Assembly: GCA_001823605.1 (NCBI GenBank)
Contig: MHUZ01000034.1
Coordinates: forward strand, 38,589 to 102,588
Origin: Candidatus Yonathbacteria bacterium RIFOXYD1_FULL_52_36
GTDB lineage: Bacteria > Patescibacteriota > Minisyncoccia > Phycocordibacterales > UBA1539_B
Direction: 5' to 3'
DNA: 64,000 bases
The position numbers were made by a program, and so were the translations under genes. The notes under the pieces are model-generated. The model searched no databases. It saw only the letters and a list, made by a program, of their open reading frames with translations, and was not told where the DNA came from. This document shows, one piece after another, positions 56,731 through 64,000 of the stretch (position 1 is the stretch's first letter; every line of letters starts with the position of its first letter).

Positions 56731-59700
56731 CTACCGCGGTCTGATCGTGCCGATGTTAAATTCGCTGGTATCGGCGGCACTGGTACATCCTGGGTCTGCG
56801 TTGGCAGGGTTTCCATTACCATCCCAGTCGATTTTGCTATCGCTATCGTTGTCGATACCGTCGTTGCACTGAGTGGGGGGTACATTGAACTCGTCACTGT
56901 CGCGCGGATCATACGTGCCGGATGTGTTTTCGCAGCCAAGATCGTCGACATCGACATCTCCGTCCCCATCATCATCACTGTTGTTTGAACAGGCCGGGTT
57001 TGGTGATTCAGTGGTGTCGGTTGCACTGGAGCAGCCCGGGTCGGCTGGGTAGTTGTTCAGACCGTCACCATCGTTGTCTGTCGTGTCGCTACATTGAGGC
57101 GCGGCAGGTGCGCAAATCGTACCGTTCCAAGGGGCACTTGAGACACATGCGGCATTGACGGTGATGTCCCGTATAAACGTAGTATTGTCACGTGCCCGAA
57201 TAGTGTTGTTGCCGTAGCCAAGCGTACATGGCGCATTGGTACCCGTAGCACCGGTTCCACAAGAGGCACTGCGTGTCTGGTTGTAGACGTTGGGGGTGGT
57301 TGCGTTCTGAATGACCCACGTCACTCGTCCGGGGCAGGTACTTGCATTTGCGGCAATGGTACAGGTGGTCGCAGTGAGGGTGGGTGCAGTGGGGGCGGAG
57401 CCGGAGACGGTAATGTTCTGCCATGGGCCGCAGTTATTGGTTTCGCTCGCCTCAACGACAGTGCCCGCATCTGAAGCGGATCCTTTATCTGCACAGGCAC
57501 GTGCAGAGTATGTTTGTATATTAGGGAACGTATACGAACGCGTAATGGGAGAATTTGCTCCGGCGGCAAGCGTAGATATTGTTGACGGCAAGAGGCCGGT
57601 GATTACTCCACCCCCGTTTGCGCCACTTGCCACTTGGAAGAAGTTCTGGAACCCTGAATGAGCACCTATTTTGGTGACACTGGTGGCAGCATTATTCGTG
57701 ACCCACATATTCGTGCCGTCAAAGGCGATGCCCCAAGGACTATTCCCTGTTCCAGAGTATACGGTAGCCGCCCCTGATGGAGAGATCCTTGTCACGCTAT
57801 TGTTGCTAAAGTTCGCAGCCCACATATTCGTGCCGTCAAAGGCAATATCTGTTACGACCCTAGCCAGCGGGTATGTGGTCATGCCACCTGTGGGGGAGAT
57901 CCTCGTCACGCTACTCCCAGAGAGCGCGGTTCCGTTCGCCGTCCACATATTCGTTCCGTCAAAGGCGATCGCTCGTGGAACAGACCCCGTACCGCTATAG
58001 GTGGTCATTGTTCCTGTGGGAGAAATTTTTGTAACACGATTCGCATTATAGTTTGCTACCCACATATTGGTGCCGTCGGAGGCAATGCCCCAAGGCGCAC
58101 CTCCAACAGGAAGCGCATACGTGGTCATACCACCCGCGGGGGTAATCTTTGTTACAGAGTTACTCCCGATATTTGCCGTCCACATGTTCGTGCCGTCAAA
58201 GGCAATATCCCACGGGCCACCTCCAGTTCCTCCATACGAAGTTCTTACTCCACCAGGAGTAATCCTGGTCACACTATTGCTATTAGTATTTGCGACCCAC
58301 ATGTTCGTGCCGTCAAAGGCAATCCCCCGGGGGCCACCCCCTACTCCTCCATATGTTGTCATGGTTCCCGTAGGAGAAACTTTCGTAACACTATTCGCGC
58401 TTCCGTTGGTCACCCACATATTGGTGCCATCGGAGGCAATGCCAAATGGTCCTGCCCCCGTCCCTCCATACGTGGTCATACTGCCAATAATCGTGCTCGG
58501 GGTAGCTGTACCGCCAATGTTCCGTATTTGGGCAGAAAGAGAAACTGGCGTGTTCCGTACTGCAGTAACAGGAGTTACTGCAGATGCGACAAGGTCGGGC
58601 TGAGAAGGTGCTGGGGTTACCGTTACAGTTACTGAGTCGCACGGCGACCACGCCATTGAATTGTCGCGCACGTGGAAGTAGATAGTGTTCGTGCCGACAG
58701 GGAGATCACTTTTTGTAAATGAACTTGCGCTTGAAATATTTGCGCCTGCACCACAGCCACCACGATTCCATCCATACGCAGCGATAGTCCCGTCGGGGTC
58801 ATTTCCCGTGCCGGTGAACGTCACGGTGCTACCGGAAGCGACGGTAATGTTCCCTGCGGGGACGGTAATGGTGGCGGTAGGGACTTGGTTGGAAGGCGGA
58901 AGGACAGGGACGCCATCGAGTTCCCGCTTCTGAAGGACAGCTGACGCTGAAGTGTTCGAAGCAAAGATCGTTCTCAATACATACATATACTCATCGTTGC
59001 CCTCAATACCGACAGGGAATGATTGGGGTGGCAATCCGCCAACTTCCCAACCAAGTGCCCCATTGGTTAGACTTCTTTTTTGAAGAAAAGCGGGCGAAGC
59101 ACCCACACGACGGATACCATAGATCCCCTGATTACCGAGTACATAACCATATGATGTCCCCGACACCATCGGCAGTGGCGCACTCCAGGCCGGACCTCCT
59201 GAACTCGTATTCCTTGCAGTCAAAGAAAATGTTGGGTTGACGATCGTACCCCCCATCGCAAGGCCATGTGTCCGTGTACCAGGGTTCTCTATTACGCCAC
59301 CTTTTATTCGTTCTGAGATTCCCGTATAGTTGCCGGAAGTAGACCAGACCGGTGATCCTCCTAATCCCCATTTTTCTGTCGTAGCCGAACCTGTCGCCAT
59401 GAATGATGCTTGTTGAAGGTAGAGATTCTGAGCATCGATACCAAAGATCTTCGTGACATTCGGTGTTCGCCTCCACACCAGATTTCCATTCGTAAGATTA
59501 CGGCGTTCCACAAAACCAGAGCTGACTCCCCACGTTACACCATACGTCCCCGCCACATAGACGCCTGAGCCGTTTACCGCAATCGAACTTGGAGATACTC
59601 CTTGTCCTAACACAGTATTCTCAGCCCATACCAGAGCACCATTGGTTTTATTGATACGCACAATTCGTGCATATCCGTTCCCGGAAAAATACTGCCCTAC

Positions 59701-60204
59701 ACCGTATACCGATGTGCCGTCAACGACAATACCGTTATCAAATGTGGGGATGTTCCCCACAACACGAGACCATATAACCAAGCCATTCACCTTTGAGCGC
59801 TTCTCAATCCTCCACGTTGATCCTCCAGCGAGACCGCCGCCTGAATTGTTTACTCCTGAAATATAGACCCCCGTGGCATCTAACTCAATTTCCCGCGGAC
59901 AGTCTGAGGTGTTGGTGTAGTTCTCTGATCTTTGCCACGCACGGCTTCCATCAAGATTCCGCTTCTCCACATACCATCGAGCCCCACGCAGGGTTGGCGA
60001 CCACCCTCCGGCACAAGCTCCACCAGACTCACCCGCTAAGTAAACCCCTGTGGCATCATTTGCATACACACTGGGCAAAGCGTACCCCGAACTGTGGGTT
60101 ATTGCTTGCTGCCAAACCAGGTCACCTCGCACCGCATACGCAACTGAAAACGATACCCCCCAAATAGCCGCTATAAAAAGTACTTTTTTGTAGAGTGAGG
60201 CCAT
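56731..60204 (-). CDS. giant secreted surface protein: N-terminal PQQ-like beta-propeller repeats, about 8 NHL/Vgb-like propeller repeats, CARDB-like domain, MopE/TSP3-like Ca or metal-binding repeats, conserved C-terminal tail ...DPGCTSAADTSEFNIGTIRPR
   Basis: Signal peptide from MASLYKKVLFIAAIWGVSFSVAYA (start 60204; upstream in-frame ATGs at 60225 and 60300 are possible). Repeats read from translation: G(V/I)Y(V/L)(A/S)G...W.(I/V)E(K/R)R..(N/D)G...W.R, and GGGPRGIAFDGTNMWVANTNSNSVTRI. Confidence 0.75.
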   Translation of the reverse strand: MASLYKKVLFIAAIWGVSFSVAYAVRGDLVWQQAITHSSGYALPSVYANDATGVYLAGESGGACAGGWSPTLRGARWYVEKRNLDGSRAWQRSENYTNTSDCPREIELDATGVYISGVNNSGGGLAGGSTWRIEKRSKVNGLVIWSRVVGNIPTFDNGIVVDGTSVYGVGQYFSGNGYARIVRINKTNGALVWAENTVLGQGVSPSSIAVNGSGVYVAGTYGVTWGVSSGFVERRNLTNGNLVWRRTPNVTKIFGIDAQNLYLQQASFMATGSATTEKWGLGGSPVWSTSGNYTGISERIKGGVIENPGTRTHGLAMGGTIVNPTFSLTARNTSSGGPAWSAPLPMVSGTSYGYVLGNQGIYGIRRVGASPAFLQKRSLTNGALGWEVGGLPPQSFPVGIEGNDEYMYVLRTIFASNTSASAVLQKRELDGVPVLPPSNQVPTATITVPAGNITVASGSTVTFTGTGNDPDGTIAAYGWNRGGCGAGANISSASSFTKSDLPVGTNTIYFHVRDNSMAWSPCDSVTVTVTPAPSQPDLVASAVTPVTAVRNTPVSLSAQIRNIGGTATPSTIIGSMTTYGGTGAGPFGIASDGTNMWVTNGSANSVTKVSPTGTMTTYGGVGGGPRGIAFDGTNMWVANTNSNSVTRITPGGVRTSYGGTGGGPWDIAFDGTNMWTANIGSNSVTKITPAGGMTTYALPVGGAPWGIASDGTNMWVANYNANRVTKISPTGTMTTYSGTGSVPRAIAFDGTNMWTANGTALSGSSVTRISPTGGMTTYPLARVVTDIAFDGTNMWAANFSNNSVTRISPSGAATVYSGTGNSPWGIAFDGTNMWVTNNAATSVTKIGAHSGFQNFFQVASGANGGGVITGLLPSTISTLAAGANSPITRSYTFPNIQTYSARACADKGSASDAGTVVEASETNNCGPWQNITVSGSAPTAPTLTATTCTIAANASTCPGRVTWVIQNATTPNVYNQTRSASCGTGATGTNAPCTLGYGNNTIRARDNTTFIRDITVNAACVSSAPWNGTICAPAAPQCSDTTDNDGDGLNNYPADPGCSSATDTTESPNPACSNNSDDDGDGDVDVDDLGCENTSGTYDPRDSDEFNVPPTQCNDGIDNDSDSKIDWDGNGNPANADPGCTSAADTSEFNIGTIRPR

Positions 60205-60226
60205 GGAGTGATTTGTACTATTCATA

Positions 60227-60931
60227 TTATTGAGCGATTGGTGTTGCCATTCCCTGGTAATAGGCCGCGATGCAATGTTTCTGGAAAACCTCTGTTGCAA
60301 ACTCGCTGCAAAATTCTTGTGTCAACGAAGCCTGGCTATCAAGTGATCCTTGAAGTACGTTGCAATCTTTTTCCATTTTCTGATCATCGAACAAATCGCA
60401 CTGCGTTGTCGCCAAACCCCCTGACATCACTGTTGCAAATGAAAATTCGTCACGACACGAAGACTGTTTCTCTTCTGGCGCTTGATCACATAGTGTTTGG
60501 TCATTCTTTTTGAGTGCAAGTGACAAGTAAAAATTGTCCTTGCATGCTGTTTTTTCCTCTTCTACAACCATCTCATCACACACAGAGACACTTTCGTCTC
60601 GTAACGCTTTTGCATTTACCACTGAGCGTTCACAGTCCACGCGCGGCACTAGCACATCGTCAAGGAGTGCACAGTTGGATACGTCGAGTGTTTCCTGCGC
60701 TTTGTTGAGCGCGATATTGTTACGGCACACCGTACGGTACATCGTATCCTTGATCTGATCACAGGAATCGATCTGCCCCTGCTCGACAAGCGCACTCACT
60801 TCATTTTGAAGCAGAACCTCCTGGTCAGAAGAAAGTCCTCCTGGAGAGCGGCCGACAAAAAAAACTACCATAGCAAGCACTAAAACAATGAGTGCCGCAC
60901 CGACGACGATCTTTCGTTTCTCAATGTGCAT
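60227..60931 (-). CDS. N-terminally membrane-anchored Cys-rich protein upstream of the giant surface-protein gene
   Basis: One TM helix (IVVGAALIVLVLAMVVFFV), at least 12 Cys in the extracytoplasmic part. 22-nt gap to the downstream gene. Confidence 0.5.
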   Translation of the reverse strand: MHIEKRKIVVGAALIVLVLAMVVFFVGRSPGGLSSDQEVLLQNEVSALVEQGQIDSCDQIKDTMYRTVCRNNIALNKAQETLDVSNCALLDDVLVPRVDCERSVVNAKALRDESVSVCDEMVVEEEKTACKDNFYLSLALKKNDQTLCDQAPEEKQSSCRDEFSFATVMSGGLATTQCDLFDDQKMEKDCNVLQGSLDSQASLTQEFCSEFATEVFQKHCIAAYYQGMATPIAQ

Positions 60932-61239
60932 AAGTAATCGCGCTGTTTAGAAATAGATACACTTATTCTAACAGTCCTCCCTTGTTAAAACTACAAAATG
61001 TGGGGAAAACTGCGGCGGCGCAAGCTCCATAGACACCCCCGAAAACGTCTGGTACTATGTGAATGTAGACATTTACATTTACCCATTAGCGTACTGATTG
61101 ACCGACCTGCGACTGAATTTCTATGCGAAATCCCGAAAATACCCTTTTGTTTTCTGAAAAAATCGTTTTCTCTCCCGAACATCCCGTTCGCCTGTTTCCG
61201 CATACAATGCACCGTTAAGATCGGTCTTCACCCGACCGT

Positions 61240-62769
61240 ATGTCATTAAAAATAGCATTACTTCTGGCAAGCATTGCCGGAGTGGTGGGAATCGCCTTCG
61301 GCTATTTTTTGCGCTGGCTTGTCACCTTGGGTAAACGCGGGTCCATTGAGCTTGAGGTCAAGCAAATGATGCTCGCCGCCAAGGAAGAGGCACAAAAAAT
61401 AACCGAGGAGGCCGAGAAAAAGGCACTTTCCACCATTGAAGACGCCCGTCGAGAGGAAAAGGAGAAGGAAAAACGACTCAAACAAACCGAGGAACGCCTT
61501 ATTAAAAAGGAGGAATTGCTGGACCGCCGTCAAACTGATATTGACGATGGTTCTGAGCGCCTCAAAGAACGCGAACAGGAAGTTGAACTGATCAAAACAA
61601 AAGCGGAACAAGCAGGAGAACGCGCTCGCCTTGAAACAGAGCGTGTTGCGAAACTCTCTACCGAAGAGGCGAAAGCTGAGCTGTTTCGCCGTGTTGAGGT
61701 TGAAGCACAAGAGGATACCCTTATCCGCATCAAAAAACTCGAGCAGGAAAGCCAGGAGCGGCTTGAGCGCAAAGCAAAAGATATCCTTGCCACGTCGATC
61801 CAGCGTCTGGCTGCATCCACCGCGTCCGAAACCATGGCAACCGCGGTTTCTATCCCCTCAGAGGACTTGAAGGGTAAGATCATCGGGAAAGAAGGCCGAA
61901 ATATAAGGGCATTTGAGCGAGCAGCGGGGGTTGAGCTCATTGTGGATGATACGCCGGGAGCAATCGTGGTCTCATCGTTTGACCCTGTACGCCGACAGAT
62001 TGCCCGCGTCGCTCTTGAAAACCTTATTCTCGATGGCCGTATCCAACCAGTAAAGATTGAGGAGATGGTCGAAAAAGCAAAAGAAACCATTGGTAAGATC
62101 ATTAAAGACAAGGGTGAGCAGGCGGCATACGAGTGTGGCGTCTTCAATCTTGATGCGCGCCTCATTATGATCCTTGGTCGCCTCTACTTCCGCACAAGCT
62201 ACGGCCAGAATGTTCTTCAACACTCGATTGAAATGGCGCACATCGCCGGGATGATCGCCCAGGAACTCGGTGCCGATGTGAACATTGCCCGCGCAGGGGC
62301 ACTCCTCCACGACATCGGCAAAGCTGTCGATCATGAAGTTCAGGGGACCCATGTGGAGATCGGACGCCGCATTCTCCAGAAATTCAACGTGGACGAGCGC
62401 GTCATTAAGGCGATGCAATCCCACCATGAAGAGTACCCGTATGAGACGATCGAGTCGATTATCGTGCAGACCGCTGATGCCATCTCGGGTGGCCGTCCAG
62501 GCGCCCGTCGCGACAGCGTAGAGAACTACATCAAGCGTCTCCAAGACCTTGAGGCGATCGCCAACTCGTTCGACGGTGTCGAAAAAACCTTTGCAATACA
62601 AGCCGGAAGAGAAATCCGTGTCTTTGTGACCCCGGACAAGATCTCTGACCTTGAGGCGAGAACGCTGGCGCGCACTATCGCGCTCCGGATCGAAAATGAG
62701 CTCAAATACCCTGGAGAGATCAAGGTCAATGTGATCCGCGAGCTCCGTGTTCTTGAGTTCGCCCGGTAA
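61240..62769 (+). CDS. rny: ribonuclease Y
   Basis: N-terminal TM, coiled coil, KH domain (GKIIGKEGRNIRAFE), HD domain (LLHDIGKA...H). Confidence 0.9.
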   Translation: MSLKIALLLASIAGVVGIAFGYFLRWLVTLGKRGSIELEVKQMMLAAKEEAQKITEEAEKKALSTIEDARREEKEKEKRLKQTEERLIKKEELLDRRQTDIDDGSERLKEREQEVELIKTKAEQAGERARLETERVAKLSTEEAKAELFRRVEVEAQEDTLIRIKKLEQESQERLERKAKDILATSIQRLAASTASETMATAVSIPSEDLKGKIIGKEGRNIRAFERAAGVELIVDDTPGAIVVSSFDPVRRQIARVALENLILDGRIQPVKIEEMVEKAKETIGKIIKDKGEQAAYECGVFNLDARLIMILGRLYFRTSYGQNVLQHSIEMAHIAGMIAQELGADVNIARAGALLHDIGKAVDHEVQGTHVEIGRRILQKFNVDERVIKAMQSHHEEYPYETIESIIVQTADAISGGRPGARRDSVENYIKRLQDLEAIANSFDGVEKTFAIQAGREIRVFVTPDKISDLEARTLARTIALRIENELKYPGEIKVNVIRELRVLEFAR

Positions 62770-62845
62770 GTACGCGACTCTCTTGGCAACAGAAAAATCA
62801 GGTTGTCGAGGGTTCAGGGTTTTCCCCTGTATGTATTGCACAAAA

Positions 62846-62874
62846 ACCCCTATGCTATATACTTATTTTTATGG
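62846..62874 (+). promoter_or_regulatory. sigma70-like promoter upstream of hup (TTGCAC, 17 nt, TATACT)
   Basis: Hexamers read from the sequence about 110 nt upstream of the hup ATG. Confidence 0.4.
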
Positions 62875-62980
62875 GCACTATGGCCGTGTTGGCACGACGC
62901 CCTAGAAAAGGTCGAGGCGCGACTTGTCGTGGGGGTCGCAAACCATACACGGTTTCATTTATTAGCACAACGAAAACCAT

Positions 62981-63253
62981 ATGAATAAAGTAGGACTTGT
63001 TGAAGTTGTTCACGAGACACTCGGTGGAACCAAGACAGCAGCAGAAGGTGTTGTCGACACAATCATCGAGACCATTGTGAAGTCGCTCAAGAAAGGTGAG
63101 GAAGTTTCAATCGCAGGACTCGGTATCTTTTCAGTCAAGGCACGCGCTGCACGCACTGCACGCAATCCGAAGACTGGTGAGGCCGTCCAGGTTGCCGCAA
63201 CGAACGTTCCTAAGTTCCGCGCAGCAAAGGCACTCAAAGACGCTGTTAAGTAG
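62981..63253 (+). CDS. hup: DNA-binding protein HU
   Basis: 90 aa. GLGIFSVKARAARTARNPKTGEAVQV beta-arm signature. Confidence 0.9.
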   Translation: MNKVGLVEVVHETLGGTKTAAEGVVDTIIETIVKSLKKGEEVSIAGLGIFSVKARAARTARNPKTGEAVQVAATNVPKFRAAKALKDAVK

Positions 63254-63274
63254 TATCACTTTTTGATACCGAGA

Positions 63275-63309
63275 AACACGCCATCGGCATACCCCGATGG
63301 CGTGTTTTA
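63275..63309 (+). terminator. rho-independent terminator after hup
   Basis: AACACGCCATCGG-CATACC-CCGATGGCGTGTTTT. Confidence 0.8.
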
Positions 63310-63539
63310 CGTTATGCCCATTTCTACGCTATACACAGCCCTGCCTCCCAAATAAATATCTTTGAACTACAAAACTATATCCTGCTATGGTTTCCGAAAA
63401 TGCACGATCTCATCCCTTAAACTCGCTTTGGGTAACTCTGCTACGACAAAACTCGTTTTCGGGCGACCTCGCGCATTTCCGGAACCCTCGCAACGAACCT
63501 AGTTTTGTAATTCAAAGTGCTATACTATTCAGTAATGAT

Positions 63540-64000
63540 AATTTCCTGGAAGATCATCGTCGCGCCGATCACGATCATCACTTTGTGGGTGTTGCTTTCC
63601 ATCCACATATTTCAATCGAACGATGTGGATCTTCTCGAGATCAGTATTTTTATTGTCTCATTCTTCTTAGGAGGATTCCTCTTCTACACCGCCTACCTTG
63701 AATCCCGCCAACGACAGGCCCTGCAGCTGATGGCGGACAACCTGCGCACCCTGAATGAAACGCTTGAGTCGCGTGTTTCTGAACGCACTGAAGATATGTT
63801 TCGCGCCAAGATCCACACCGATGCGATCATTGAGAGCCTCACACTTGGTCTCATCGAATACCGCGGTGACCACACGGTCGTACGACTTAACAGAGCGGCA
63901 GAGGACATGCTTGGTGTGAAACGCGAAACGATCACCGGGAAACAGCTTCTTCCTGCCGATATGAGCAAACAGGAACTTTCTTCTCTTGGTGAAGTGACCT
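63540..64000 (+). CDS. membrane-anchored sensor protein, N-terminal part (probable PAS-containing histidine kinase; runs off window end)
   Basis: Manual translation MIISWKIIVAPITIITLWVLLSIHIF...(two TM helices)...coiled-coil...DAIIESLTLGLIEYRGDHTVVRLNRAAEDMLGVKRETITGKQL (PAS-like). Open to the window end. Confidence 0.45.

Noticed and set aside
57311-58603. Several plus-strand ORFs of 100-180 aa rich in Pro/Val/Phe
   Set aside because: They are antisense to the giant surface-protein gene and mirror its propeller repeats, so they are a repeat artefact. No RBS was seen.
63387-63701. 104-aa plus-strand ORF upstream of or overlapping the sensor-kinase start
   Set aside because: Different frame from the membrane-protein ORF beginning at 63540. 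No RBS, and poor coding character.
1-64000. CRISPR arrays, rRNA genes, integrase or transposase genes
   Set aside because: No spacer-repeat periodicity, no rRNA-like conserved stretches, and no recombinase-like ORF were seen. The defence island has no recognisable integrase, so its mobility mechanism remains inferential.

Overview
This 64-kb window is a reduced-genome bacterial contig, about 55% GC, with the gene content and r-protein features typical of Candidate Phyla Radiation / Patescibacteria. Almost everything up to about 31 kb is on the minus strand. That stretch carries a long ribosomal-protein superoperon, secY, adk and map, preceded by the str operon (rpsL, rpsG, fusA, tuf). Several unusual interruptions break these conserved operons. 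A two-gene cassette (a membrane anchor plus a 794-aa secreted protein with beta-propeller, CARDB and Ca-binding repeats) is inserted between rplB and rpsS. tuf and fusA are separated by three small genes. uL30 is absent. A 229-nt structured gap lies between rplE and rpsN. The window also encodes a complete DNA-uptake and attachment toolkit: a type IV pilus cluster and a ComEC that is split into two genes. There is also a cytoplasmic TraG/VirD4-like ATPase. A second giant surface protein (about 1157 aa) shares a near-identical C-terminal tail with the first. A palindromic element with core AACGGCTCA recurs at least 6 times and forms the intrinsic terminators of many genes. Together with the uptake machinery, this makes it a candidate DNA-uptake-sequence-like repeat. 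A low-GC defence island lies at 43.9-50.7 kb. It contains a Fic protein, a YegP-like protein, two HEPN-like proteins and an MmeI-like type IIL restriction-modification enzyme. Identical 26-bp copies of the palindrome bracket its core. The plus-strand region after 51 kb holds housekeeping genes with well-defined promoters, structured leaders and terminators: nusA, ppa, tig (without a PPIase domain), clpP, rny and hup. No rRNA, confident tRNA or CRISPR array was found.
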